Notes: generated by a model not told the origin, from the letters alone. A stretch of 64,000 nt of DNA from an uncultured Gemmataceae bacterium (GCA_963750165.1 CAVVPN010000011.1:1536001-1600000); one strand, 5' to 3'. Numbered from the stretch's first letter, positions 8,453 through 19,066 are shown. Made by a program: numbers and translations.

Positions 8453-11400
8453 TTAGTACAGCGAGGTGCCACTGCCATCATCCGCGGACGGCCGCGCCTT
8501 TCGGCCGCGTTTGGGCCTTGATGCCTTCTCCTTCACCGCGGGGCCGGCGAGCTTTTCCTGCTCGGCGCGCTGCTTGTTCAGCTCCAGCAGCAGGGCCAGC
8601 ACCTCGTCGCGGAAGGCGTCCGGCCAGCGGTAGCGCCACGGCTTCTTCCGCTGCCGGCCCGTCGGCGCCTCGTCCTCGTCCGCCTCGTCCTCGTAGTCGA
8701 GCAGAAATGCGCACGGCGGCACCGTCAGCCGCGCCAGGGCGCCGCCGTAGGCGTCGAGCACCGCCCGGTCCATCGCCGCGTGCAGCTCCCGCAGCTTGTG
8801 GATGTCGGCGGACGGCTCGTGCGGGTCGTGGAAGCGGTTGTAGGTCTTCGTCAGCCCCTCGCTGTGGCGGACCATCAGGGCGGCCCGGAAGTCGTAGTAC
8901 GCCTGCCCCGCCGCCTCCAAAGCCGGGTGCGACTCGAAGTTCTCGGGGAACGGGAATGTCTCGAAGCAGTCGGATGGGGTGTAGCGGAGGTCGTCCTTCA
9001 TTGAGGAGGCAAAGAATCGCGCCCAAATTTCATGGACGCGAGACTGGAGAGCGCAGAAGGTCGCCCGAGTGCTGATCGGGAACAGGTTGATTGTGTGAGC
9101 AGCCACGATGCCAGTCGGCAGACAAGTTATTGCGAGATGACTGCTCACGTTGGAGTTTGCAAGCACCGTCTCCTTTTCGCGAATGGCCGCGAACATTTCT
9201 GTCCGGGGCCTTTCATACTGCCACCAGGGCACGCGAACCGAAGAGTCGCGGTATGGCTTTACCTTCTGCTCCACGATCCGCATCAAATCCGGCCACTGTC
9301 GAGCCTGATCCTCGGACATCACTCCGAAATTGATGACAAATCGGTGGTGGGCGTGGGTAGGGCCATCGTTCAGTTCTTCACCACCGATGTATGGGAATAT
9401 ACGTTCGGCATTTCGCTTGTCCTTGGCAACGACTTCTTCCATAAGGCTGATCGGGTTCGCTACACCTGTCTTGTCCGTGTCGTCGAACGTAAAGCCTCCT
9501 CCGTAAATCTTTGCACCAGTAAAACTCTTGCCCGCGTTGGCCCGCAGCGTGGCCGGGTTTTCATGGCCGCCAGCGTGGAACAGGTATGCGGTGATGAGCG
9601 GCACCTCCTTGCCGTCCAGAAGGTACGGCCCCGGGATCGGCCCTTTGTGAACGTGAACCACGCTGACCACCACCGCCGCCTGGCCCGGCCACTTGTAGCG
9701 GCGGCGGGCGGTGTAGATGGTGCCGCCGTGCGTGCAAATCCAGCGCAGGCCGGTGGTGCGCGTGTCGCCCTGGGCAATGGTGTTGGTGGTGATCAGGCCG
9801 AAGGTGCCGCCGGGCCGCAGCAGGTTGAACGCGCGGCGGAAGAAGTGGGATACCAGATCGGCGTTGCCGTGCGACTCGGGATGGATTGCCTTCAACCAGT
9901 CGAGATAGCCTGCCGCGTGGCCGTCTATGATGGTGTTCTTGCCCGCGAAGGGCGGATTGCCCACGATCACGTCGAAGCCGGGGTTGTCGCGGCCGAACAC
10001 TTCGGGAAACTCGATCTCCCAGTGGAACGGCCGGATCGGGTGTTCGCCCGCGCGCAACCGGGCCTCGGCCTTGCCCAGTGGTTCGCGCAGTTTCATGTCC
10101 TTGCTGACCCAGTACGCATCCACCTGCCCAAAGAGTTCGTTGCGCTGGTCCACGCGCTGATTGGCCCTGTCCCGAGAGAAAAACGCAGCGACGACCAGAT
10201 TGCCAAGGAAACGCGGCAAACCCAGGGCTTCTTCGGCGTCATTCAATTTCTGCCGCTTGAGCAGGTCCGGCACGTCGTCGCCGGACTCGATGATCTGCCG
10301 CCGGTACTCCGTGACCTGCTTGATGCGCTGGGTGATGTCCGCCTGCACGAAGGTCTGGCGGTCGGTGGGCAGCCAGTGAAAGCCGTTGATCTGCTGGCGC
10401 GTCAGGCCGACCAGCGAGTCGCCGGCCTTGAGGGCGTGGTCGAGGAAGGTGAAGGGGTGGTCCTTCGCCAGCGTCACCAACCACAGCGACAGCTTGGCCA
10501 GGTCGGCGGCCAGCGGGTTCCTGTCCACGCCGTACAGGCAGCGCTGGGCGACGGTGCGCTGCGCCAGCAGTTCGGGCGTCTCGTCGTCGGGCACACGCGG
10601 CATGTCGCCGTGGGTGGTCCACGCCGCCAGCAGCGCCGCCCCCAGTTGGCGGCACGCCTCCACCAGGAACGCGCCCGAGCCCATCGCCGGGTCGCAGACC
10701 TTCAGCCCCAGGAGTTGTTCCGACGTGGGCGTTCCCCTCACCCCCGACCCCTCTCCCCCACCGGGGCGAGGGGAGACGAGCGCGTTCAGCACCGGCTCCA
10801 GCGCCTTGCGGACGATGGGCTCGGTGAGGCTGCGCGGTGTGTAGTGCGAACCGGAGCGGCGGCGCTCGTCGCTGGGCTGCAGGACCATCGCCCCGGCCGG
10901 CACCAGGTTCGGCGTCAGCTCCCGGGCGACCTTGCGCTCCAGGGCCGCGACCGCGTCCTCCGCCGTCGCCGCCGCCTTCAGCGCGGTCAGCGCCGCCCAG
11001 GTGACGGCCTGGTCCGTGTGCTCCTTCAGCCATTTGGCCCGGTCCTTGCCCGGCACCCGCAGCAGTTCCTCCAGGTTGACGGTCACGGGCGCGCCGTGCG
11101 CCTTGGCCGGCCGCACCGCGATGGACCGCCCGGCCGCCTGGGTCAGGCGGAAGCCCATGCTCGCCTCGTACACCGAGCCGATCTGCTCCACGTCGAGGCT
11201 GCGGTACGAAATCCGCTCGCCGTCCAGCACCATCAGGTTGTGCAGCACCCGGAAGACGACGCCGTCCGGCACCAGCGGCACGGCCACGCGCTCGCCCGGC
11301 TGGCGGCGGGCGCGGTGGCCGCGGCCTTCGAGGAACGGGTAGCGGTCGGGGTCGAACAGGTAGCCGCGGCGGGCCGGCAGGCGGAAGGCGCCGTGGCCGC

Positions 11401-12478
11401 CGCCGTCGTAGACCAGGCGGAACAGGGCCAGCAGCTGCCCCCAGGCGCCGTAGCGCTGGTCCATCGTGTCGGGGTGGCGGCCGGCGTCGGTGCGCAGCCG
11501 GTCGAACAGCCCGGTGACGGCGTAGTGCTTGACGTAGACCTCGGCGGCGGACATCAGGCCGCGGTCCTCGGCGTAGAGCACGAACACCAGCCGCAGCAGC
11601 ACCGTCAGCAGGCCGGCGTAGATCGTATCCGGCTCCAGGGTCAGCACCTCGCGGAGCAGCTCGCCCTTGCGCTGGTCGTCGGCCGCCTGGAAGCCGCGCA
11701 GCAGCTCGAACAGGGCGGCCAGCACCTGCTTGGCCAGTTCGTTGGAGACGGTGTTCTGATAGCGGCGGCTGTCGGCGAGGATGGCGGGCAAGCGTTGTTT
11801 ATCCGGCAGGCTGAACAGGCGCTCGGCGGACAGGAGCATGCGCAGGGCGGCGAAGACGGGCCGGCCGGCGGTCTCGGCCAGGGCACGCACCGGGAAGGTG
11901 AGGTGGCCGACGCTCTCGCCGCGCGGCGCGTACACCAGGCGCAGGTGAGTGCCGTTGCACAGGAGGCCGATGGGCACGCGCGTCTCGCGCAGCAGCCGCT
12001 CGAAGCGGACCTGCGGCGTGGCCAGCCAGTGCCGGGTGTCGCCGGATGCGACGGCGTCGAGGTCGGTGACGACCGGCAGGGACTGGATGAGTAGGAGCCA
12101 GGGCGGGCCGTCCGCGGGGGGCGGGTCGGCGGGCACGGCCCAGGTCGGCCGCAGCGTCTCATGGTAGTCGGTCAGGACGACTTCCAGCGCCGCGGCCCGC
12201 GGGTCGGCGGCCGCGACCAGGTCGCCGGGCTGCCAGCCGAGGACTTCGCGGCACAGGCCGGGCAGGTCGGTGACGGCCGCGACCGGCTCGGGCCGGCCCA
12301 TGATATGCACGTCCTTGACGAACGTGAGGAAGTGCTGGTGCTCGGCGGCGCAGTTGAGGTTGACGTGGGCCTGGGCCTGCAGCAGTGCCGGCGCCGAAAC
12401 GACGAGGCCGACCGGCTGCAGGTAGCCGAGCCATTGCTGGTGCGCCAGGAGTTCTGGGTCTTTGGCCATCGCGATCAC
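8453..12478 (-). CDS. drmMI: DISARM adenine methyltransferase DrmMI (Eco57I-like)
   Basis: GSHYTP, DPAMGSGAF (SAM binding) and FDVIVGNPPF (catalytic) motifs. GTG overlaps the drmD stop. Confidence 0.9.
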   Translation of the reverse strand: MIAMAKDPELLAHQQWLGYLQPVGLVVSAPALLQAQAHVNLNCAAEHQHFLTFVKDVHIMGRPEPVAAVTDLPGLCREVLGWQPGDLVAAADPRAAALEVVLTDYHETLRPTWAVPADPPPADGPPWLLLIQSLPVVTDLDAVASGDTRHWLATPQVRFERLLRETRVPIGLLCNGTHLRLVYAPRGESVGHLTFPVRALAETAGRPVFAALRMLLSAERLFSLPDKQRLPAILADSRRYQNTVSNELAKQVLAALFELLRGFQAADDQRKGELLREVLTLEPDTIYAGLLTVLLRLVFVLYAEDRGLMSAAEVYVKHYAVTGLFDRLRTDAGRHPDTMDQRYGAWGQLLALFRLVYDGGGHGAFRLPARRGYLFDPDRYPFLEGRGHRARRQPGERVAVPLVPDGVVFRVLHNLMVLDGERISYRSLDVEQIGSVYEASMGFRLTQAAGRSIAVRPAKAHGAPVTVNLEELLRVPGKDRAKWLKEHTDQAVTWAALTALKAAATAEDAVAALERKVARELTPNLVPAGAMVLQPSDERRRSGSHYTPRSLTEPIVRKALEPVLNALVSPRPGGGEGSGVRGTPTSEQLLGLKVCDPAMGSGAFLVEACRQLGAALLAAWTTHGDMPRVPDDETPELLAQRTVAQRCLYGVDRNPLAADLAKLSLWLVTLAKDHPFTFLDHALKAGDSLVGLTRQQINGFHWLPTDRQTFVQADITQRIKQVTEYRRQIIESGDDVPDLLKRQKLNDAEEALGLPRFLGNLVVAAFFSRDRANQRVDQRNELFGQVDAYWVSKDMKLREPLGKAEARLRAGEHPIRPFHWEIEFPEVFGRDNPGFDVIVGNPPFAGKNTIIDGHAAGYLDWLKAIHPESHGNADLVSHFFRRAFNLLRPGGTFGLITTNTIAQGDTRTTGLRWICTHGGTIYTARRRYKWPGQAAVVVSVVHVHKGPIPGPYLLDGKEVPLITAYLFHAGGHENPATLRANAGKSFTGAKIYGGGFTFDDTDKTGVANPISLMEEVVAKDKRNAERIFPYIGGEELNDGPTHAHHRFVINFGVMSEDQARQWPDLMRIVEQKVKPYRDSSVRVPWWQYERPRTEMFAAIREKETVLANSNVSSHLAITCLPTGIVAAHTINLFPISTRATFCALQSRVHEIWARFFASSMKDDLRYTPSDCFETFPFPENFESHPALEAAGQAYYDFRAALMVRHSEGLTKTYNRFHDPHEPSADIHKLRELHAAMDRAVLDAYGGALARLTVPPCAFLLDYEDEADEDEAPTGRQRKKPWRYRWPDAFRDEVLALLLELNKQRAEQEKLAGPAVKEKASRPKRGRKARPSADDGSGTSLY

Positions 12479-15400
12479 CCTGTCACCGGCCAGAGGTACG
12501 CCAGCCCGACTGGCTCAACGCGCTGGGCCTTGACTACATACAGCCTACGGATACGCTCGGGCTCCTCCGCCAACTCGCGGTCCAGTTCCGCCAGACGGCG
12601 GCCCCAGTGGCGGCGATCGGCGTCCAGCTGGCGCATCTCCTCCTGGTTGAACAAGTCCAGGGTGATCTCGCGTGCCTTCGCTTCCGTGGCAGTGATGCGC
12701 TTCCGCTGATCTTCCAGGATGCCGCGCATGGCCTGCGCTTCCTTCTCGCCGCGCTCGCGAAGCAGACGGGCGGCCCCCTCCGCCACCTCCCGGCCGCGCT
12801 TCTCCAGTTCGGGCAGCAACTCGGCCAGGTCGCGCGGCCCGGCCGCCTTCAGCTGGTTGCCGACGACCTCGTTCAGCGGCTGGCCGGGCTTGAGCAGGGC
12901 CGCCTCAAGCAGCTGAAGCGTGTTGGCCTCGGCCTCGCGCGCGTAGGGCGTCAGCGGTCCCTTGCGCTTGTCCGGGTAGCTCCAGCGAGCGGTGACCGGG
13001 ATCAGTTCCTCGTGCAGGCGGGCGGCCCCGGCGCCGTACAGGCACAGCCTGCCCAGCAGGACAACGCGCGGCACCGCGTCGGCGGTCTGCGTCAGGCAGG
13101 CGCGCGACAGGTCGTGGTGGACGAAGCCCTGGGCGGTGAAGCGGCCGAGCAGGCGGCGCACGACGGGGTGCTCCAGGTGCAGGTGTACCACCTCGTCGGT
13201 CATCTTGCCGGGGTCCGCGAAGACCACGGGCCGGATGTCCGAGTCCCGACGCCAGTCCCAAAAGGTTTGCTCGCGCTGCCGCGGCGAGCGCAGGGCGTCG
13301 AGGGAGTCGGCCCAGGACGGGTCGGCCCCGCGCCGCCGGTCCAGGTCGGGGAAGGTGTAGCGGTCGGGCTCGCCGGGCAATTCCTTGAGTGGTTCGGCGT
13401 CCATCAGTTCCAGCCCGCAGGAGACGGCGGCGCGGAAGTGGTTCCCGTCAAAGCCGATCTTCTTCTCAGAGTCCCTCAGTTGGCCCCGCAACTCCTCTAA
13501 CTGGTCCTTCAGTTCGTCCTGGCGGGCGCGGGCGGCTTCCAGTTCCTCGGCGACGACGCGCTTGTAGTCGGCGTCGAGATCGGCCCGGTCGATGTCGTGT
13601 TCCAGGCGGGCCACGTCGGCGTGGCGGATGCCCTGGCCCAGCGCCTCGGTCAGCTTGCCCTCGATCACCTGCGCCAGGCTGCCCAGTTCCTTCTTGATCG
13701 TCTCGGTCTTGCGAACCAGGGCACGCAGGACGCGGTCCTCGGCCCGCTGGCGGTAGACGAAGTAGTGGCAGTTCACCACCGGCTGCGGCTGCAGTTTACG
13801 GTCGATGCGGCCGTTGCGCTGCTCCAGGCGGCTGGGGTTCCAGGGCACGTCGAAGTGGAACAGGTCGGCGCAGTGCGTCTGCAGGTTGATGCCCTCGCGG
13901 GCGGCGTCGGTCGCCAGCAGGATGCGGATAGGGTACTTGGCCGGGTCGCCGTTGAAGGCCCGCTTGATCTCCTCGCGCTGGGCCTGTGGCGTCGGGCCGT
14001 GATAGACGGCGAGCCGCTCGGCACCACGGTCGGTTCGCTCCAGGGCCGCCTCCAGTTGCTGGCGGAGGTAGCGCAGCGTGTCCTCGTATTCGGTGAAGAT
14101 CAGGACGCGGGTGTCGTTCCAGTGCGGCGGCTGGCCGCGCGGGGGCGACGCGCCGGGGCGCGGCAGGCCGGGGCACTGGTGCTCGCGCACCCAGTCGAGC
14201 AGGCGGAGGACACGCGCGTCGGGCCGGCCACGGGCTTCCTCGGCAACCCTGGTCATCTCGTCGAGCAGCGTCAACTCATCTGCGACAGGGGCCGACGGGG
14301 ACGCGGCGGTGGCGGCTTCGACCTGGGCCTCTTCTTCCCGCTCCAACTCCTCGACGGCACGTTCGGCACGGTCGTCGTCGCCGTCGATGCCGCCGCCGAG
14401 CAGATCGAAGAGGCCGGTTTGCTGTTCGGCTCGGGCCGCCTGCCGCTGGCGTTCCAGCGTGCGGCGGTGGACGCGCAGGGTGCGGGCGAACGCCTCGACG
14501 GAGGACAGCAGCCGCTGCTGCAAGCCGGAGACGAGCAGGGCGGCGATGGTCTGCTGACGCTTCGTTGCGTCGGTCAGCCGCGCCTCGCGCAACCGGCGGT
14601 AGCGGTCGAGCAAGTCGGACAGGCGCAGCTCCGGCGCGTCGGCCGGCAGGCCGTCGAGGTCGATCTGCAGGACGTTCCGCTGCGGGAAGCCGCCCTGGAT
14701 GGCGCGGACATCCTCCTTGAGGCGGCGCACCATGACATCATCGAGGAGCTTGCGGCTCTTGACCGGCACGCCGCGGCAGAAGCGCTGCGGGTCGAGGATC
14801 TCCAGCAGGGCGGAGAAGCTGTTGGAGTGGCCGTTGTGGGGTGTGGCGGACAGGAACAGGCGGTGCTCGAACCTCGGGGCCAGGTCGCGCACGGACCGGG
14901 TGATGCGCGAGTCGATGGCGTACCGCGAACCGCTGGCCGGTGCAGCGTGGTGGGCCTCGTCGAGGATGAGCAGGGCGCCGGGCCGGAAGTCCCCAAGCCA
15001 GTCACGCAGTGGGCCTGCGTAGGCTTCGTCGATGAGCAGGCGATGCGAAATGAGGAAGCGGCTGTGCGTGGTCCAGGGGTTGGTGGCGTAGCCGCGCTCG
15101 CGGCGGACGCGGATGACGTAGTCGCGGTCGAGCACCTCGAAACTCAGTCCGAAGCGGTTCTCCAACTCACTTTGCCACTGCGGCAGCACCGACGGCGGGC
15201 AGCAGACGACCACGTCCTTGACCTTCTTGCGGAGTAAGAGTTCACGGGCGATCAGGCCCGCCTCGATGGTCTTGCCCAGGCCCACGTCATCCGCGATGAA
15301 CAGGTTGACGCGCGGCAGCAGCAGGGCCTTGCGCAGCGGCTCCAGTTGGTAGGCGTCGATGTGGATGCCAGCGCGGAACGGCGCCTGAAACAGCCGCGGG

Positions 15401-15699
15401 TTGGTGGCGGTGACGCAATTCCAGCGCAACGTGTGCAGGTAGGCGGAGAACAGCCGCGGCGGGTCGAAGCCGCGCCTGGCCAGGTGCTCCCAGCCGGCGC
15501 TGCCTAGAACTTCGGAGTCTAACTCCGTCTCCCACAGGGCCTCCAGGGGCTGGCCCTGGGCGTCGTCGTCGAGGCAGGCGAGGCGGACCAGGGTGGCGTC
15601 GTTGGGGTGCGGCGGGGCGACCACATCCTCCACCAGGTACTGCCGCTGGCGAACGCGGACGACTTCACCGAGTTTGGGGAGGCGGGTGTCGTTTTGCAT
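12475..15699 (-). CDS. drmD: DISARM SNF2-like helicase DrmD
   Basis: IADDVGLGKT, LDEAHH, LSATPHNG, TDAAREGINL and EQRNGRIDR motifs. N-terminal GEVVRVRQRQYLVE. Confidence 0.92.
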   Translation of the reverse strand: MQNDTRLPKLGEVVRVRQRQYLVEDVVAPPHPNDATLVRLACLDDDAQGQPLEALWETELDSEVLGSAGWEHLARRGFDPPRLFSAYLHTLRWNCVTATNPRLFQAPFRAGIHIDAYQLEPLRKALLLPRVNLFIADDVGLGKTIEAGLIARELLLRKKVKDVVVCCPPSVLPQWQSELENRFGLSFEVLDRDYVIRVRRERGYATNPWTTHSRFLISHRLLIDEAYAGPLRDWLGDFRPGALLILDEAHHAAPASGSRYAIDSRITRSVRDLAPRFEHRLFLSATPHNGHSNSFSALLEILDPQRFCRGVPVKSRKLLDDVMVRRLKEDVRAIQGGFPQRNVLQIDLDGLPADAPELRLSDLLDRYRRLREARLTDATKRQQTIAALLVSGLQQRLLSSVEAFARTLRVHRRTLERQRQAARAEQQTGLFDLLGGGIDGDDDRAERAVEELEREEEAQVEAATAASPSAPVADELTLLDEMTRVAEEARGRPDARVLRLLDWVREHQCPGLPRPGASPPRGQPPHWNDTRVLIFTEYEDTLRYLRQQLEAALERTDRGAERLAVYHGPTPQAQREEIKRAFNGDPAKYPIRILLATDAAREGINLQTHCADLFHFDVPWNPSRLEQRNGRIDRKLQPQPVVNCHYFVYRQRAEDRVLRALVRKTETIKKELGSLAQVIEGKLTEALGQGIRHADVARLEHDIDRADLDADYKRVVAEELEAARARQDELKDQLEELRGQLRDSEKKIGFDGNHFRAAVSCGLELMDAEPLKELPGEPDRYTFPDLDRRRGADPSWADSLDALRSPRQREQTFWDWRRDSDIRPVVFADPGKMTDEVVHLHLEHPVVRRLLGRFTAQGFVHHDLSRACLTQTADAVPRVVLLGRLCLYGAGAARLHEELIPVTARWSYPDKRKGPLTPYAREAEANTLQLLEAALLKPGQPLNEVVGNQLKAAGPRDLAELLPELEKRGREVAEGAARLLRERGEKEAQAMRGILEDQRKRITATEAKAREITLDLFNQEEMRQLDADRRHWGRRLAELDRELAEEPERIRRLYVVKAQRVEPVGLAYLWPVTG

Positions 15700-16094
15700 G
15701 AGGCGCCCCACCTGATCCTTGGGAACGAAAGCGATTTCCAACCGGGTGTGAAGGTCGTTTCCGTTAGGTATCAAGCGGCTGACCCGGTTGGTGTATTGAA
15801 AGGGGCAGGCCGAGGTGCGTCAACGAAAATCGAGACAACCCTTCATCTGCGGTCAAAGAAGAGGACGCCCCTCCCCCCGGTCTGGCCCCACCAGCCCTCG
15901 CCGCTTTTTCGCGGTCCTGGCCAGCCAGCGGGTCGATGGCGTGGTTGCCCCATCGGGCATCTGGTGGTGGCTCAGGGTCAGGGCGTCCGCGTCGTCCGGG
16001 GAGCAACCTGGCCTGGCCGGTGCAGCCAGGTCTGCGCGGTCGAGGCGTCATCCGGCGGTACGGCCCGGCCCGCTGGGCATCGCAGGCGCTGGTG

Positions 16095-16706
16095 TCACTT
16101 CAGGGCAGTTCGCCCCCCCGATCCCCACCGCGGCTCCGGCCCGACGTAGCCGTCCAACCCCATCCAGGGGTAGCGCCCCTCCAGCACCAGATGTGCCCAG
16201 GTGCCGCGCAGCGTGTCCGCCCCGCAGTGCGGGCAGGAGGGGAAGAAGCACGGCAGGTCGTACCACGGCGGCTGGCCCACCATCGGCACTTTACCTGGCA
16301 GGATCTTCCACTCGCTCAGCGGCGGCGTGCGGCGTTGGGGGTAGCACAGGCCGCAGCCCAGGCACACCCAGTCGTAGTCGTCGCACTCCGGCGACAGCCG
16401 CGTCAGCAGCAGCGCCTTCATCACCGCGGGCGACACCTCCGGCAACCGCCAGCGGCCCTCGAAGAGTTCGTCCAGCCAGCGCCGGTACGGCCCGCCATCG
16501 GTGTCCAGGGCCGTCATGGCCGCCTCGACCTGCTTGACCTCGCCCGGGTCCATCAGCGCCACCGCCGCGCCGCACAGTCGCATCACCCGGTCGGTCACTT
16601 GCTTCGCCCGCTTTTCCCTGGCGGGGTCAGGGGGAGGCGGCAGGGGGAAGCGAGTGTCGCAGCCCTGCTCGGCTTTCTTCAGACGGTGCTTCAGGGATGA
16701 GGACAT
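16095..16706 (-). CDS. hypothetical protein with two CxxC pairs
   Basis: 203-aa ORF with CLGC and CPHC; co-oriented with the element genes. Confidence 0.7.
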   Translation of the reverse strand: MSSSLKHRLKKAEQGCDTRFPLPPPPDPAREKRAKQVTDRVMRLCGAAVALMDPGEVKQVEAAMTALDTDGGPYRRWLDELFEGRWRLPEVSPAVMKALLLTRLSPECDDYDWVCLGCGLCYPQRRTPPLSEWKILPGKVPMVGQPPWYDLPCFFPSCPHCGADTLRGTWAHLVLEGRYPWMGLDGYVGPEPRWGSGGRTALK

Positions 16707-16728
16707 GGGTGTGCTCCGCGGCGCCGAC

Positions 16729-17127
16729 TCAGACGGCCCGGGGGTAGGACTCCTGCGTCTCGGCCCCCAGTCGCCCCTCCAGGGCGGCCAGGCGGCCCTC
16801 CAGTTCGCTGGCCTCGCGCAACTTGACCCCCAACTCCAGGACCGCCTTGGCCGCCCCTAGCCGCACCGCCGGCGGCTGGCCCTCCCGCTGCAGCGCCAGC
16901 AGCGTCTTGATCGACTTGGTGGCCGCCACCGTCAGCGCCCCGGCGGCCCGCTGCACCATGTCGGCGCGGGCCTGCTGCACCTGCTGGCGGAAGGCGGGGT
17001 CGGCCAGGCGGCGCTTGACGGTGCGGGCGCTGACGCCGGCCTGGCGGGCGGCGGCCTCGGCCGTGGCTCCACAGGCCAGGGCCAAAACGAGTCGGACGTC
17101 CGCCTTGGTCCGTGCCTGGTTATTCAT
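16729..17127 (-). CDS. small HTH protein (terminase-small-subunit-like, typical of satellites)
   Basis: AEAAARQAGVSARTVKRRL HTH, followed by helical VRLGAAKAVLE...LEGRLAALE. Confidence 0.65.
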   Translation of the reverse strand: MNNQARTKADVRLVLALACGATAEAAARQAGVSARTVKRRLADPAFRQQVQQARADMVQRAAGALTVAATKSIKTLLALQREGQPPAVRLGAAKAVLELGVKLREASELEGRLAALEGRLGAETQESYPRAV

Positions 17128-17424
17128 GGTGGGCTTGCTCCGTCGGCGTGCCGCCGGGCCTGTGGGGCCGGAATGGCCCTTTTTGTCCAATTTCTGTCAC
17201 TCTGCCGGGGGCAACTCCGTGGGTCGTCGTTATCCCGGCTCATGGCCCCCGACTACCGTTGTGCCGCTTCCTGGCGCGGCCTCGCCTTTTTCGCCCCGGC
17301 CGCCCTGGCATTCTAACACCGGCCCGCCGTTCCGTCGCCCAGGATGGCCCTGGGGCGTTGGCGCGCTGACCGGGGCTTTTTGTTGGTGCCCGCCGTCAAC
17401 GAGACGGCGACCCTTCCGGTTCAG

Positions 17425-17541
17425 GAACATCATCATCGCGTCGGCAGTCCCCCCTAAAGGGGGGGGACTGCCGCGATGATGATGTTCATGATTCCTCGAA
17501 CATCGCGACGCGATGATGTTCTTCCTCAAACGATGATGTTC
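17425..17541. repeat. palindrome plus iterons, putative replication origin
   Basis: Nested inverted repeat 17425-17487 around CCCCCC-TAAA-GGGGGGGG. CGATGATGTTC direct repeats at 17511 and 17531. Confidence 0.6.
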
Positions 17542-19066
17542 GCTGGATGCCCGTAGCCTCCCGTTTCGCATTGTTTCCTATGGTCACCTGTACAGTAACC
17601 CGCTTGACGATGCGATCGGCAATCAAGCGCTCGAAGGCCAAGCTCATGCGCTTGTCCGAAAGCGGCGGGTCGGTCCTGGCCTGGACGATCTTGTAGCCCA
17701 CGGCCTCGCCGCCCGGCGCCAGTTTGTCCAGGGCGGCGAGCAGGGCGCCGTCGTCGGCCTTGGCCTGTCGCCGGGCGGCCTCGGCTTTCGCGTCCTGCTT
17801 GTTTTCCTTGTCATCTGCCCTGGCCTCGTGCCCAGGCTTGACGGCCACCTCCCACTTGCGCCCGCCGAAGTCCTCGGACAGCTCGCCTTCGACCACATCG
17901 ACGGCGTACAGCCCGCCGTGGCCCATGCTGCCGCCCACGACCATCCAGAGGTTGTGCCGGCCGCTTCCCGGTTCGTAGGCTTCGCGGCGCGAAAGCAAAA
18001 TCCACTGCCGGCTGAACTCGGCGATGCCGGAAAACGCCAGGTCGGTCAGCTCCAGCGGTTCCAGTTTCCGGGCGGCCGGCTTGGTCGTGTGGTGCAGCAG
18101 GATCGGCGTCGCCCCCACACTCTGGCACACCTGGGCGACGCGCAACAGCAACGGGCCGGTGTCGAACAGGTTTTCCGCCTTGATCCCCTCAGAGCCCGCG
18201 AGCAGGGACAGGTAAAGCGGGTCAACAATCACCACCTCGATCCTGTCCTTCTCCAGCCCCGCCCGCATGGCGTCCAGCTGCTCCAGAACCGCCAGCTGCG
18301 GCAGGCGGAACTGCCAGTGCAGGAAGTCGCCCAGGCCGGCCGGCTCGACGGCCTTGGCCCGGCAGATACGCAGCGCCGTCTCCTGGAGCGTGAACGGACC
18401 CGACTCCCCGGACAGCACGGCGACGCGCCGCCGGGCCGGGCAGGCGAACTCCCCCAGCCAGGGAGTCGCCGTCGCGAGCGAGATCGCCATGTCAACGGCC
18501 AGCGAGGTCTTGAGAGTCTTCTGCGGCGCCCCGATGACCAGCGGTTGCCCTTCGACCACGGCCCGCTTGACCAGCCACTTCGGGCGGTAGTCCGCCGCGA
18601 AGAAGGTCGGCGAGTCGATGGCTTCCCAGCGGAACAACAACGTGTCTGGCCCGCTCTGGTTGTCCGCCCCGGCCTTCTGTCCCGGTGGCGGCAGCGGCGG
18701 GTCGTAGTGGTGCGGCTCCGGCTTGCCGATCTTGTCCCGGAAGTCCGCCCACTTCCTGCCGGCGCAGGAGCTGTGAAAGCACTTCGCCCCCAACTTGCCG
18801 CTGCGGTACTGCAGGACGGCACAGTCGGTCCCCGCGTGGTCGGCGTTGAACGGACAGGGGATGTCGTAGGCGTCGCCGTCCGCCAGCTTCCGCACGCGCA
18901 GCAACTTCACGCTGCGGTCCTTCAGCCAGTCTTCCACCTTGAGGCGGTGGTTGGTGCCGTTGCCGCCGGCGATCAGGCACAGGCCGCTCGCCTTGCCGCT
19001 CGCCTCCGGCTTCGTCTCGGCTGGCCCCACCAGCGCTTCCAGCATGCCCTGCGTGACGCGGTTCAC
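17486..19066 (-). CDS. AAA_25/RepA-like replicative helicase with N-terminal Zn-binding domain
   Basis: CPF...H...CFHSSC; Walker A GAPQKTLKT; VVIVDPLY; ILLHHT. Confidence 0.85.
   Translation of the reverse strand: MNRVTQGMLEALVGPAETKPEASGKASGLCLIAGGNGTNHRLKVEDWLKDRSVKLLRVRKLADGDAYDIPCPFNADHAGTDCAVLQYRSGKLGAKCFHSSCAGRKWADFRDKIGKPEPHHYDPPLPPPGQKAGADNQSGPDTLLFRWEAIDSPTFFAADYRPKWLVKRAVVEGQPLVIGAPQKTLKTSLAVDMAISLATATPWLGEFACPARRRVAVLSGESGPFTLQETALRICRAKAVEPAGLGDFLHWQFRLPQLAVLEQLDAMRAGLEKDRIEVVIVDPLYLSLLAGSEGIKAENLFDTGPLLLRVAQVCQSVGATPILLHHTTKPAARKLEPLELTDLAFSGIAEFSRQWILLSRREAYEPGSGRHNLWMVVGGSMGHGGLYAVDVVEGELSEDFGGRKWEVAVKPGHEARADDKENKQDAKAEAARRQAKADDGALLAALDKLAPGGEAVGYKIVQARTDPPLSDKRMSLAFERLIADRIVKRVTVQVTIGNNAKREATGIQRTSSFEEEHHRVAMFEES

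Noticed and set aside
2618..12094. Long plus-strand ORFs (1005 aa, 1020 aa; likewise 35189-38173 and minus-strand 55833-58055)
   Set aside because: Antisense shadow frames of real high-GC genes; no recognisable motifs.
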